Shown here: piece after piece, positions 26,300-35,669 of the stretch | Layout: every line of letters starts with the position of its first letter | Position numbering within the stretch: position 1 is the first letter of the stretch | Assembly (NCBI GenBank): GCA_964563615.1 | Contig: CAZLWF010000001.1 | Span: 8,206-72,205, forward strand | DNA length: 64,000 nt | Reading direction: 5' to 3' | DNA from: an uncultured Candidatus Saccharibacteria bacterium | GTDB lineage: Bacteria; Patescibacteriota; Minisyncoccia; Phycocordibacterales; UBA9973 | The notes under the pieces: model-generated | The model's database searches: none | Seen by the model: the letters and a program-made list of their open reading frames with translations, nothing else | What the model was told of the DNA's origin: nothing | Program-made: the position numbers and the translations under genes

Positions 26300-27073
26300 T
26301 CATTCAGTATTCATCTCGTTTAATGCTTGAGCAATTTCTTCAGTAATGAGTTCAATTGCTTTGAGAGAATCACCTTGGATATAGTCGTGATCTTTAGGTG
26401 GTTGACTGATAGCTCTTCCGATCACTAAATAGTCAGCACCGGCCTTGATCGCTTCGTAGGGTGTCATAACTCTCTGTTGGTCATTTTTTTGCATCCATTC
26501 AGGCTGAATACCAGGAGTCACTTTGATCAACGAACGTGTTTCTTCATCCGCCATAAGCACAGGTAGTTCTTTCGCTGAAGATACAACACCATGTGCACCG
26601 TTTGCCTTACCCTTTCGAGCAAACTGCAATACTTTATTTTCTGGGGTGTCACCAAACATTTCCATGCACTCCTCAGGGCCAATTGAAGTAAGTACTGTTA
26701 CAACAAGAACAGTACAACCTACACTTTCACATGCTTTTACTGCAGCTTTAATTGCTTCACTACCACTCGTGGCATGAATATTAAACATTCCCACTCCACG
26801 TCTTGAAAGAGGTTTTGTTGCACCAGTAATTGTATGAGGAATGTCATTAAATTTTCCATCATAGAACACATTAGTATCCTCCTTTTCTGTTAGATCAAGC
26901 ATAATAGGACCACCAAAAGCTGTTTGAGTTTCCAAGCCAATCTTTATACCTCCGACATAGGGGCCTAAATCATTAATCGTGTTTTTAGCTTTTTTAAGAT
27001 CATCCACATCGAGTGCAAAAATGATTTTCTTTCTGGCAGCATCTAACTGCTCTGGGCTAAATTTTGATTCCAT
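26300..27073 (-). CDS. pyrF: Orotidine 5'-phosphate decarboxylase
   Basis: The motifs IFALDVDD, KFNDIPHT, TPGIQ and VIGRAI are present. Confidence 0.85.
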   Translation of the reverse strand: MESKFSPEQLDAARKKIIFALDVDDLKKAKNTINDLGPYVGGIKIGLETQTAFGGPIMLDLTEKEDTNVFYDGKFNDIPHTITGATKPLSRRGVGMFNIHATSGSEAIKAAVKACESVGCTVLVVTVLTSIGPEECMEMFGDTPENKVLQFARKGKANGAHGVVSSAKELPVLMADEETRSLIKVTPGIQPEWMQKNDQQRVMTPYEAIKAGADYLVIGRAISQPPKDHDYIQGDSLKAIELITEEIAQALNEMNTE

Positions 27074-27175
27074 TGGAATTGGTTTTACTATGAAGAATTT
27101 TTAACTCAGTCTAATCAAATAAGTCTTTTTGTCAAATAAAAAATACCCCGAGGTTTTCGAGGCATTTTGTTTCAA

Positions 27176-27898
27176 TTATTTTTGTTCAGCTACATTCCAT
27201 ATTTCTTTGGCAAGAGCTGCAGGCTTTTGAGCATCAACTTCCCACTTGATATGCATCACTGGTCGACGACCTTCAGAATCATCTTTCATGTTTTCCCGCA
27301 TTTTGGGCGTATCAATGAGTTTGGGTTCTATTAAGCGATACCTAAACGTATCAGTTGGCTTACTCTGTTTCTGTAATTCTAAATTTCTTGCAGAAACAGC
27401 ACGCATTGAGAATATATATCCCCATTCGGGCCAGGTAATTAAATCCAGCAACGGAAACTTTGCAGCCCAAGACGACACATCTATGATATTCACTTTCTGT
27501 CCGCAATAGAGCGGTTCGAAATATCTCATGAGCCGAACTTTTGATGTATAGTTTTGCTCCATCAAATCTTCTATTGCCGCAAGCCTGTTCTCGTCGACAG
27601 TTGGCTTCCCATATTCATAATCCCAACGAAAGAGTCCAGCACCATTGATAAGTACATCAACCTTAGGATACTTTTGATATATATCCTTGAGTGTTTTTTC
27701 AACATGGGACTCATCAGAAAGATCAAGTGACACTGTTTCTATGGCGTCTTGATATTTATCTTTAAGCGCTAACAATTTATTTTGATTTCGTCCAAACGCT
27801 ACTATGAAATATCCTCGGGAAATGCCTTCTGCGACCACTTCCCATCCGATATCTCCAGTAGCGCCAGTGATCAGAGCAATTCCTTTAAATTTTTTCAT
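27176..27898 (-). CDS. SDR-family NAD(P)-binding protein with atypical catalytic region
   Basis: MKKFKGIALITGATGDIGWEV is a TGxxGxxG Rossmann motif. The start is uncertain (27898 or 27910). I saw no clear YxxxK motif. Confidence 0.6.
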   Translation of the reverse strand: MKKFKGIALITGATGDIGWEVVAEGISRGYFIVAFGRNQNKLLALKDKYQDAIETVSLDLSDESHVEKTLKDIYQKYPKVDVLINGAGLFRWDYEYGKPTVDENRLAAIEDLMEQNYTSKVRLMRYFEPLYCGQKVNIIDVSSWAAKFPLLDLITWPEWGYIFSMRAVSARNLELQKQSKPTDTFRYRLIEPKLIDTPKMRENMKDDSEGRRPVMHIKWEVDAQKPAALAKEIWNVAEQK

Positions 27899-27942
27899 AT
27901 CGTTTTCCATTTGGTTCAGTGTACAGATTTTCCATAAAAAAG

Positions 27943-27968
27943 AAATACCCCCGAAAGAGGGGGTATTT
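27943..27968 (-). terminator. Rho-independent terminator
   Basis: AAATACCCCCgaaagaGGGGGTATTT is followed on the minus strand by a T-run. Confidence 0.7.
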
Positions 27969-27974
27969 GTGTAA

Positions 27975-28400
27975 TCAGAGCAATACTTTTTGTTTCTCAT
28001 AAAGAATAGCTTTTACTTTTTCCATCATAACAAGCAAATCACCTGTGTATTCTTGAGCATTATTGTTTGTATGCGGATGACTAAGTTTGCAACGTATACT
28101 TTCAATGTAGATATCTTTCTTTGAATCTACTGAGAAAATTTCGCTCATTGCTGTTGAAAGTTCCAATGACCCAAACCCCGGAAGACAATCTCCCAATGAA
28201 AATACTTTGATCAAGGCACTTTTTAAAATTTCTTCTTCCGATCTTTTTTCTTCTTGCGCTAATTCAATCGTTGTGCAAGCAATCAAGATAAGATCTTCTG
28301 TATCTTGAGGTACACGCTTGATTTCACCATTGAGAAAGCGACAGAACATTTTGGATGCAGTATACGCTTTATCGTATCTGGATTGTTCATTAGTTTTCAT
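27975..28400 (-). CDS. Hypothetical helical protein, paralog C of a tandem triplet
   Basis: The sequence begins MKTNEQSRYDKAYTASKMFCRFLNGEIKRVPQDTEDLILIACTTIELAQEE. This resembles the upstream paralog, which has TADKVQYIARMLRDFIIKNGKPLYKDQKAIILQALKFVETEDQE. An alternative start lies at 28457. Confidence 0.5.
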   Translation of the reverse strand: MKTNEQSRYDKAYTASKMFCRFLNGEIKRVPQDTEDLILIACTTIELAQEEKRSEEEILKSALIKVFSLGDCLPGFGSLELSTAMSEIFSVDSKKDIYIESIRCKLSHPHTNNNAQEYTGDLLVMMEKVKAILYEKQKVLL

Positions 28401-28472
28401 AGTTTTTCTTTTTATTTTGGAACGAAGTGTAGCAGAAGCTTTTGTGTACTGTAGCATATCGCCCTTTTTTTT

Positions 28473-28502
28473 AAATAAAAATGCACAGATTACTCTGTGC
28501 AT
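28473..28502 (-). terminator. Rho-independent terminator overlapping the stop of paralog B
   Basis: ATGCACAGattactCTGTGCAT is followed on the minus strand by TTTTATTT. Confidence 0.6.
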
Positions 28503-28891
28503 TACTTTGTGATTTGCATTTGTTTATACAGCTCCACATACGTTTTCTTGAGGACCTCAAAAAACCGATCTTTATCAGTATTCGAAAGCGATCTGCTATT
28601 CAATTTAGCCTCCACATACTCTGCAAATAATTTACGACTATTCACCTCTGGCAAAAATTCAATCATCCATTCAGCCATTTCTTTTGCACCAGTTTTATTT
28701 ACAACATTTTTAATGGTTTCTTGATCTTCAGTTTCAACAAATTTCAAAGCTTGGAGAATTATCGCTTTCTGATCTTTATATAACGGCTTTCCATTTTTAA
28801 TAATGAAATCACGAAGCATTCGAGCAATATATTGCACTTTATCTGCTGTTTGAAAGGCAGTTGATGTATCATTTTCTTTCATGTATCCCAT
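28502..28891 (-). CDS. Hypothetical helical protein, paralog B
   Basis: The sequence begins MGYMKENDTSTAFQTADKVQYIARMLRDF... The ATG lies 4 nt after the stop of paralog A. Confidence 0.5.
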   Translation of the reverse strand: MGYMKENDTSTAFQTADKVQYIARMLRDFIIKNGKPLYKDQKAIILQALKFVETEDQETIKNVVNKTGAKEMAEWMIEFLPEVNSRKLFAEYVEAKLNSRSLSNTDKDRFFEVLKKTYVELYKQMQITK

Positions 28892-28895
28892 CTTT

Positions 28896-29300
28896 TTATT
28901 TTTTGAGTTTTCGTTTTTCTTCATCCGCCGCATCCCGCATTTGCTGACTCCATGAGAGAAGCACACTGGCTTTGAAAGTTTTAGATTCACATATCTTCCT
29001 CAATTCATCCACGATTGAATCAAGCGAATCTTTTGGAGTTTGAGACGCAATCAAAAAATAAGTTTCATTGGTGCCAATATAATCAGGATCACCTTTGATG
29101 CTCAGTAGGAAAGATTGTTTCGCCACCTCTACGTTATTTTCGGTAGGTTTAGATCTCATTAAATTTACTACAGAACTAAGTTTCTTATAGTTTGTCTTTG
29201 ATAATTTTTTACTCTCACCTTTTATTAGTCTACGCAGTGCCTTAAATAGATTGAGTGCTGCTACATCTGCCTCTTTGTTTGCTTTTGTCTTTATTGGCAT
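28896..29300 (-). CDS. Hypothetical helical protein, paralog A (most divergent)
   Basis: The sequence begins MPIKTKANKEADVAALNLFKALRRLIKGESKKL... The start is the ATG at 29300, downstream of the predicted -10 box. Confidence 0.5.
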   Translation of the reverse strand: MPIKTKANKEADVAALNLFKALRRLIKGESKKLSKTNYKKLSSVVNLMRSKPTENNVEVAKQSFLLSIKGDPDYIGTNETYFLIASQTPKDSLDSIVDELRKICESKTFKASVLLSWSQQMRDAADEEKRKLKK

Positions 29301-29318
29301 GTTAAATAATTTTCTTTT

Positions 29319-29346
29319 ATTATAACACAAAAATTTTATTTTGCAA
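29319..29346 (-). promoter_or_regulatory. Promoter TTGCAA-16-TATAAT (TG-extended) for paralogs A-B
   Basis: The -35 box is at 29346-29341 and the -10 box at 29324-29319. Confidence 0.45.
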
Positions 29347-29446
29347 TAAAAAACAACCCAACTGAGTTCTTTACGTAGACAACATTATTTTGTTCATCAA
29401 GGAGCATGCGAGCTTTATTCTAAAGACATGTGCAACATCAATGTGA

Positions 29447-29475
29447 TTGACCGCTGGTATATGCCGCTATACAAT
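29447..29475 (+). promoter_or_regulatory. Promoter TTGACC-17-TACAAT giving a leaderless mRNA
   Basis: The hexamers are read directly from the sequence. The ATG at 29482 is 6 nt after the -10 box. Confidence 0.45.
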
Positions 29476-29481
29476 ATATAC

Positions 29482-29661
29482 ATGGACAAAAGAGAAATTT
29501 TTAATTACGAAAAAGGTAAATTTACCAAAGGCAAACCACTCACATCAGAAGCCTTAGGTGAGATGTTGGCCAAAGATTTTATGTCTCCAGAAAAACGAAA
29601 GGAACTCGAGGAACAAGGCGTATTACCTAAAAAAGACGCAAAAGAAAACCCACCAAACTAA
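29482..29661 (+). CDS. 59-aa hypothetical protein
   Basis: The sequence is MDKREIFNYEKGKFTKGKPLTSEALGEMLAKDFMSPEKRKELEEQGVLPKKDAKENPPN. The track's longer start precedes the predicted promoter. Confidence 0.45.
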   Translation: MDKREIFNYEKGKFTKGKPLTSEALGEMLAKDFMSPEKRKELEEQGVLPKKDAKENPPN

Positions 29662-29674
29662 TTGGTGGGTTTTG
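29647..29674 (+). terminator. Rho-independent terminator
   Basis: The sequence is CCCACCAAactaaTTGGTGGGtttt. Confidence 0.6.
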
Positions 29675-29692
29675 CCATTTTAAATGGCAAAT

Positions 29693-30433
29693 TTATTTTA
29701 CAGGGGGGCGACCATTAAAAGTCATATTACCAAGATCAACAACATCACCCGGATTGACTTCAACAGTAACGGGGATGTCTCCAAGCCTGGGCTCAAGCGC
29801 AAGTGCCTGTACAGGAGTAATGACATTATCATCTCTCCATTGTTTTCCCTTATGTAGCCGGAGACCCCATTTATCTGCTATCCAGACGGAAGTCTTATAA
29901 TCTACATAAGTATTAAGACCGTGATTCTTCTCAATCGTAAAAACAGGTTTATAAGTACCAATCGTCTGTACATTACGATCACCTACAATACTGAAAGTGC
30001 CGTTGAAACACTCGACAAAAATCATAAGTGAATCCCTAAAACATGCTCCTCCTTTGACGACTGCATATAACTGGTCGGCAAATGGAAGATCATAGGTATT
30101 CCCATCCCCAGATTTAATTTCGGAGGCATCCCCAGAACCAAATTTATAGGTGATGGATCCAATGTTGCATGTGTAGCCTGACCTCTGTAGAAAAGCAACC
30201 AACTGAGAATTAAGCCTCGGCGCGAATTTATCAACCTCCTCTTTTCTTTCTGTCGGTGACATTGATTTCAATTCATCAATGAAACTTCGTTTCCACTCGA
30301 GGTCATTGGTGGACACAGGCTGGATACCACGGACGGCATCAAGTTCGGTCTTGCTACATGAGGCAGCAAAAAAAATAATTGCACCAATGGCAGCTAGCGC
30401 CAAGATGATAAAAGGAAGTCTTTTATTTTTCAT
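29693..30433 (-). CDS. Putative lipoprotein (246 aa)
   Basis: The signal peptide has a lipobox (IIFFAASC|SK). I recognise no domain in the mature part. Confidence 0.6.
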   Translation of the reverse strand: MKNKRLPFIILALAAIGAIIFFAASCSKTELDAVRGIQPVSTNDLEWKRSFIDELKSMSPTERKEEVDKFAPRLNSQLVAFLQRSGYTCNIGSITYKFGSGDASEIKSGDGNTYDLPFADQLYAVVKGGACFRDSLMIFVECFNGTFSIVGDRNVQTIGTYKPVFTIEKNHGLNTYVDYKTSVWIADKWGLRLHKGKQWRDDNVITPVQALALEPRLGDIPVTVEVNPGDVVDLGNMTFNGRPPVK

Positions 30434-30451
30434 TGTTTATGAGTTTTGCCT

Positions 30452-30480
30452 AGATTATCACAAAATATCATAAATGTCAA
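30452..30480 (-). promoter_or_regulatory. Promoter TTGACA-17-TAATCT for the lipoprotein gene
   Basis: The hexamers are the reverse complement of tgtcaa (30475-30480) and agatta (30452-30457). Confidence 0.5.
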
Positions 30481-30481
30481 T

Positions 30482-30517
30482 AAACAAAAATCTCCCCTGT
30501 TTGGGGAGATTTTTGTT
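30482..30517 (-). terminator. Rho-independent terminator after fusA
   Basis: The sequence is AAACAAAAATCTCCCCtgttGGGGAGATTTTTGTTT. Confidence 0.75.
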
Positions 30518-30527
30518 TATGTAAATT

Positions 30528-32678
30528 TTATTTCCTTGCTGCAATGATCGTCTCAGCCACGTTTTGCGGCACGATATCATACCGAATAAATTCCATCGTA
30601 AAGCCGGCGCGACCTTCGGTCATTGAGCGGAGGTTGGTCATGTAGCCGAACATTTCAGACAGTGGCACGATCGCGCGAACAACTTTATTCATACCTCGAT
30701 CTTCCATGCCTTCGATAAGACCCCGCTTGGCAGAGAGTGATCCCGTTACATCACCCATGAATTTCTCAGGTGTGACGACTTCGACATTCATCATAGGCTC
30801 TAGTATTACGGGCTTGGCAGATTTCGCAGCATCTTGAATAGCCATAGACGCGGCGATCTTGAATGCCATTTCGTTGGAGTCAACTTCATGGAAACTACCA
30901 TCCCAGAGATCAACAGAGACATCTACCATCTTAAAGCCAGCAAGAATTCCCCGATCAAGTCCTTCACGGAAACCTTTTTCAACTGGTGGAATATATTCCT
31001 GTGGAATCGCGCCACCTTTGATATTGTTGATGAATTCGAAATGCGGTTCACGCTTGGTGTTTTTTGGTAAGTCTTCGATATCTTCTTTAGTGAGTGTCAT
31101 ATCCATAGGCTTGATCTTGATCTTGACGTGGCCATAGTTACCGCGACCACCAGACTGCTTGATGTACTTACCTTCAGCTGATGCTTCTGAGGTAATCGTT
31201 TCTCGGTAGGCAACTTGCGGCTTGCCAACATTGGTCTCCACAGCAAACTCACGTTTCATACGATCAACAATGATTTCAAGATGTAGTTCTCCCATACCAG
31301 CAATAATCGTTTCGCCTGTTTCTTGATCAGTGGATACACGGAATGTCGGATCTTCTTGAGCAAGACGGTTAAGTGCCATACCCATTTTCTCTTGGTCAGC
31401 TTTGGTCTTTGGCTCTACACGAAGTGAGATAACTGGCTCAGGGAAGACGATACGGTTAAGCTCAACAGGCTTTTCTTGATCACAGAGTGTGTCTGAGGTA
31501 ATCGTATCTTTGAGCCCAACAGCTGCTGCAATTTCTCCGGCGTAGACTTTCTTTACTTCTTCTCGATCGTTGGCATGCATACGGAGAATTCGGCCAATAC
31601 GCTCTTTATTGCGAGTACGTGGGTTATAGACATATGAGCCAGCTTCCAGAGTACCTGAGTACACGCGGAAGAAAATAATCTGTCCGACGAATGGATCAGT
31701 AGCAACTTTAAATGCGAGCGCTGCAAATGGCTCACTATCAGAAGCCTTACGCTCAGTGACTTCATCATTGTCAGGATTGATGCCGGGAATCGGTGGAATA
31801 TCGGTTGGTGCTGGGAGATAGTCAACAACAGCATCGAGAACGAGCTGAACACCTTTGTTCTTAAGCGCACTTCCAGCAAAAACTGGGAATACATTGTTAG
31901 CAATCACGCCTTTGCGAAGTAATTTCTTAAGCGTATCAAAATCAGGAATTTTACCTTCGAGATATTCGTTCATGACTGCATCATCTTGCTCGACGATTTT
32001 CTCGATAAGCTCACTGTGGTATTTCTCCGCATCAGCTTTGTATTCTTCAGGAATATCTTTTTCGATAACTTTATTACCCATCTCACCTTCGAAGTAGTAA
32101 GCCTTCATACGAAGGAGGTCAATCACGCCTTCATGTTTCTCCTCAAGTCCTATTGGGATTTGTGCGCGAACAGCTTTCTTGGAAAGTCGATCGAGAATTG
32201 TTGCGTAGGAATGTTCAAATGATGCACCAGTTCGATCGAGCTTGTTGATGAAACAGATTCGAGGGACATTTGCTTCATCGGCGTAGCGCCAGTTGGTTTC
32301 TGACTGTGGCTCAACGCCAGCAACACCATCGAACACAACGACAGCTCCATCGAGTACACGAAGTGAGCGCTTTACTTCAACTGTAAAGTCGATATGCCCT
32401 GGGGTATCAATAATATTGAAGCGATGCTTTTTATTTTTGTCAGTCAATGCATAGGTCGGCGTCCAGAAACAAGTCACTGCAGCAGACGTGATCGTGATAC
32501 CGCGCTCGCGCTCTTGTTCCATCCAGTCAGTTGTCGTCTCACCATCATGCACCTCGCCGATCTTGTGTGACACACCGGTATAGTAAAGGACACGCTCAGT
32601 CGTCGTCGTCTTGCCCGCATCAATGTGGGCGATAATACCAAAATTTCTTACTTTCTCTAGCGGATAATCTCGTTCCAT
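30528..32678 (-). CDS. fusA: Elongation factor G
   Basis: [25 protein letters not shown] and NKLD motifs are present. The protein is 716 aa. Confidence 0.97.
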   Translation of the reverse strand: MERDYPLEKVRNFGIIAHIDAGKTTTTERVLYYTGVSHKIGEVHDGETTTDWMEQERERGITITSAAVTCFWTPTYALTDKNKKHRFNIIDTPGHIDFTVEVKRSLRVLDGAVVVFDGVAGVEPQSETNWRYADEANVPRICFINKLDRTGASFEHSYATILDRLSKKAVRAQIPIGLEEKHEGVIDLLRMKAYYFEGEMGNKVIEKDIPEEYKADAEKYHSELIEKIVEQDDAVMNEYLEGKIPDFDTLKKLLRKGVIANNVFPVFAGSALKNKGVQLVLDAVVDYLPAPTDIPPIPGINPDNDEVTERKASDSEPFAALAFKVATDPFVGQIIFFRVYSGTLEAGSYVYNPRTRNKERIGRILRMHANDREEVKKVYAGEIAAAVGLKDTITSDTLCDQEKPVELNRIVFPEPVISLRVEPKTKADQEKMGMALNRLAQEDPTFRVSTDQETGETIIAGMGELHLEIIVDRMKREFAVETNVGKPQVAYRETITSEASAEGKYIKQSGGRGNYGHVKIKIKPMDMTLTKEDIEDLPKNTKREPHFEFINNIKGGAIPQEYIPPVEKGFREGLDRGILAGFKMVDVSVDLWDGSFHEVDSNEMAFKIAASMAIQDAAKSAKPVILEPMMNVEVVTPEKFMGDVTGSLSAKRGLIEGMEDRGMNKVVRAIVPLSEMFGYMTNLRSMTEGRAGFTMEFIRYDIVPQNVAETIIAARK

Positions 32679-32731
32679 AGTTCGTTATGTGTATAAAATA
32701 AATAAAAAAGAGACTTGCGTCTTGTGCCAAT

Positions 32732-32760
32732 ACTATACGGTATACGATAAGTTTATGCAA
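32732..32760 (-). promoter_or_regulatory. Promoter TTGCAT-17-TATAGT upstream of fusA
   Basis: The hexamers are the reverse complement of atgcaa (32755-32760) and actata (32732-32737). Confidence 0.5.
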
Positions 32761-32794
32761 ATAACAAAAGCTCCCATTTGGGAGCTTTTGTTAT
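32761..32794 (-). terminator. Rho-independent terminator after rpsG
   Basis: The sequence is ATAACAAAAGCTCCCatttGGGAGCTTTTGTTAT. Confidence 0.75.
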
Positions 32795-32810
32795 TTGAGA
32801 TTATTTACAA

Positions 32811-33281
32811 TTACCAAGCAAAATGGGCAAAGGCTTTGTTGGCTTCAGCCATACGGTGTGTATCATCACGCTTCTTGATAGCAGAACCTTCATTCTTAGC
32901 AGCAAGCATAAGTTCATCTGCGAGACGGTTGGCCATTGGTGAGCCCTTCTTTGCACGAGCAGCATCAATGATCCAACGAAATGCGAGTGCTTGTCGGCGT
33001 TCAGGACGAACTTCACGAGGGACTTGATAGTTAGCACCACCGATTCGGCGTGAGCGAACTTCAGTTGCAGGAGAAGCATTTCTAATAGCAGTATCGAATA
33101 CTTCAAGTGGCTCTTCAGTTGCAGCTTTTTCTTTGATTATCGTGAGTGCATCGTAGACAACTTGGCGCGCAGTTTCTTTCTTACCATCGAACATGATGGC
33201 ATTGATGAACTTACCTAGACGAGCTGAGTTGTAGGTTAGATCTGGCTCTGCAGTATTACGATTTTTGACTTTTCTTCGCAT
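32811..33281 (-). CDS. rpsG: Ribosomal protein uS7
   Basis: The motifs LGKFINAIMFDGKK and VRSRRIGGANYQVP are present. Confidence 0.95.
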   Translation of the reverse strand: MRRKVKNRNTAEPDLTYNSARLGKFINAIMFDGKKETARQVVYDALTIIKEKAATEEPLEVFDTAIRNASPATEVRSRRIGGANYQVPREVRPERRQALAFRWIIDAARAKKGSPMANRLADELMLAAKNEGSAIKKRDDTHRMAEANKAFAHFAW

Positions 33282-33296
33282 GAATATAAATTAAAA

Positions 33297-33722
33297 TTAT
33301 TTCTTATCGCCTTTTTTAGGGAGTTTTGCACCATAACGACTGCGACTTTGCATGCGCTTGTCGACTCCTGATGCATCGAGCATACCGCGAACAATGTGGT
33401 ATCGCACTCCGATCAAGTCCTTCACACGGCCACCACGGAGCATAACGACTGAGTGTTCCTGGAGATTGTGGCCAATACCTGGAATGTAGGCAGTCACTTC
33501 GAGACCATTAGTGAGACGAACACGAGCAATTTTACGAAGCGCAGAGTTAGGCTTCTTTGGTGTTGTTGTTGAAACTTTCGTGCAAACTCCTCGCTTAAAT
33601 GGTGCAGGGTAGTAGACTGGTCGGTTCTTAAGCGAATTAAACCCTCTCGCGAGTGCGACAGTTTTTGATTTCTTAATAACCTTCTTTCTTTTATTTTTGA
33701 TTAATTGGTTGATTGTCGGCAT
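33297..33722 (-). CDS. rpsL: Ribosomal protein uS12
   Basis: MPTINQLI and [10 protein letters not shown] match S12. The start is the ATG at 33722. Confidence 0.95.
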   Translation of the reverse strand: MPTINQLIKNKRKKVIKKSKTVALARGFNSLKNRPVYYPAPFKRGVCTKVSTTTPKKPNSALRKIARVRLTNGLEVTAYIPGIGHNLQEHSVVMLRGGRVKDLIGVRYHIVRGMLDASGVDKRMQSRSRYGAKLPKKGDKK

Positions 33723-33801
33723 ATGTCTAAACAAAAATAGCTCAAAAAGCTAGTGCGATAACTCTACTATAGCCCCAAGGAAAACGCAAGTCTGCCATGA
33801 C

Positions 33802-34449
33802 CTAACTTAATCCTGTTACTGCATTGAACAAAATATATATATACGGTGCAATATATCTCCAGAGGAATATAACAAAGAAAAGAAGTACAACGAGGGAGTA
33901 TTGTTCCATATAATATTCAATACGACGAGCGCTTGATGGCAAAAAAGCAAAGAGAATTTTAGAACCATCAAGCGGTGGGATCGGAATAAGATTAAAAATC
34001 ATAAGCACAATATTGACCAAGACGATAATAGCAAGGATACTCATAAGCGCAGGCGAAGTAACACCAACAACTGGCAAGAGACGCAACATGAGTGAAAAAA
34101 TAACGACCATACCAGCATTTGCAATAATTCCTGCAGAAGCTACAATCACTGTTCCCCATTTCTTATCCCGTAAATTATTCGGATTGTACGGCACTGGGCG
34201 GGCCCAACCGAAGACAAAGCCTGCTTTGGAAATAATAAGGAGGAGTGGCAAAAGAAACGACCCAATGAAATCGAGGTGTTTGAGTGGGTTAAGTGTCAAC
34301 CTGCCAGCCATGACTGCGGTTTGATCCCCCAAGCGCGATGCCGCATAGCCATGAGCCACTTCGTGGACAACGACCGACATAATAAGCACAGCAACGTAAA
34401 AAATTGATTCAGTAACTTGCATATAGGTATATAGCATGATAGCATGCAA
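33802..34449 (-). CDS. Site-2 protease (M50) family membrane metalloprotease
   Basis: It has the HEVAHGYAA HExxH motif and is polytopic. The start may be an internal Met at 34422. Confidence 0.75.
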   Translation of the reverse strand: MHAIMLYTYMQVTESIFYVAVLIMSVVVHEVAHGYAASRLGDQTAVMAGRLTLNPLKHLDFIGSFLLPLLLIISKAGFVFGWARPVPYNPNNLRDKKWGTVIVASAGIIANAGMVVIFSLMLRLLPVVGVTSPALMSILAIIVLVNIVLMIFNLIPIPPLDGSKILFAFLPSSARRIEYYMEQYSLVVLLFFVIFLWRYIAPYIYILFNAVTGLS

Positions 34450-34454
34450 ACACT

Positions 34455-34700
34455 ATGGCTAAAACATGTATAGTCACAAAACGAAGCTCTACGACTGCTG
34501 GCAAGTATGCGAACCGCACACGTGCTACTATTTTCACCCCAACTGGTAAAACTCGCCGATATATCAATATTCAGAAGAAAAGAATCTACGTACCAGAGCT
34601 CAAGAAAACAGTCACTGTCCAAATCTCAACTCGAGGACTACGAACACTAAACAAAAACGGCGTCTACGCCACTCTCAAAAAAGCCGGAGCAGTAAAATAA
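34455..34700 (+). CDS. rpmB: Ribosomal protein bL28
   Basis: MAKTCIVTKRSSTTAGKYANR matches the L28 pattern. Confidence 0.88.
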   Translation: MAKTCIVTKRSSTTAGKYANRTRATIFTPTGKTRRYINIQKKRIYVPELKKTVTVQISTRGLRTLNKNGVYATLKKAGAVK

Positions 34701-34731
34701 AACATCACGCATATATGCGTGATGTTTTATT

Positions 34732-35592
34732 TTACTGACAGAGAACATACATACCATCGCTTTCACAAATAATTGTTCCCTCTTTAAATGTTTCGAGGTA
34801 AGGAATATGTAAAGCAAGCAATCGATCAATGACTTCTTGATGCGGATGGCCATATTTGTTGTTAAGTCCCGCAGAAATAATCGCAACGTCAGGTGTCGTC
34901 GCAGTAAGAATCGGACTGCCTGATGAGGTACGAGACCCATGGTGGCCGAGCTTGAGTACATCAATATCGTCTAAGGTATTTTTATTTTCAGCAACGACAA
35001 TACCTTCGGTCAGTATGGTGGCATCCCCCATAAGAAGAAACGATGTATCTCCGTAGGTGAGTTTGCCGACGATTGATCCGTCATTTGTCTCCCACGTAGA
35101 CACATCACGATCCGGGAAAAGGACCTTATAAGAAATATGTTTCTCACTATCAAGTACAATCTCCATCCCGCGCGTCGCTAGCACATGAGGCGTATCTTCT
35201 TTACCAATATGCTCTTCGAGTGTTTGATAGAGTGATGTTTCTGAACGCGTCCCAGGTTCGACAACTGAAGCAATAGCATAGTGTTCAAATAAAGGAATGA
35301 GACCTGAATAATGATCTGCATCTGGATTGGTAATAACAACCGTATCGATAGTTTTGTCACCCCATGGCAACACCTCGGGTAATTTATTCATGAGTGCAGT
35401 CCCCGGTCCGCCATCGATAATCATTTGGCTGCCATTCGGCGCCTCGATATATATTGCATCTCCTTGTCCAACATCTAAAAAAGCAACTTTGAGTTTGCCT
35501 GAATCCTGAGGCAAACTTTGCAAAATAAAAAACCAAATAATGAAAAGTAATGTTCCAAATCCTATAGATATGTATACGTACCTATGTGACAT
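34732..35592 (-). CDS. ComEC C-terminal-type metallo-beta-lactamase domain protein (stand-alone)
   Basis: VAFLDVGQGDAIYIEAPNGSQMIIDGG, NPDADH and LKLGHHGS motifs are present, with an N-terminal TM anchor. Confidence 0.8.
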   Translation of the reverse strand: MSHRYVYISIGFGTLLFIIWFFILQSLPQDSGKLKVAFLDVGQGDAIYIEAPNGSQMIIDGGPGTALMNKLPEVLPWGDKTIDTVVITNPDADHYSGLIPLFEHYAIASVVEPGTRSETSLYQTLEEHIGKEDTPHVLATRGMEIVLDSEKHISYKVLFPDRDVSTWETNDGSIVGKLTYGDTSFLLMGDATILTEGIVVAENKNTLDDIDVLKLGHHGSRTSSGSPILTATTPDVAIISAGLNNKYGHPHQEVIDRLLALHIPYLETFKEGTIICESDGMYVLCQ

Positions 35593-35669
35593 ATATAAAG
35601 TATACCTCTCCTTACAAAAAATTCCCGTGGTATACTTTAGGCATTACTTATAACTATCTAATATAATTT

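Noticed and set aside
27140-27165. I considered ccccgaggttttcgagg downstream of pyrF as a terminator hairpin.
   Set aside because: The two halves (cgagg / cgagg) are a direct repeat, not an inverted one, so no stem can form.
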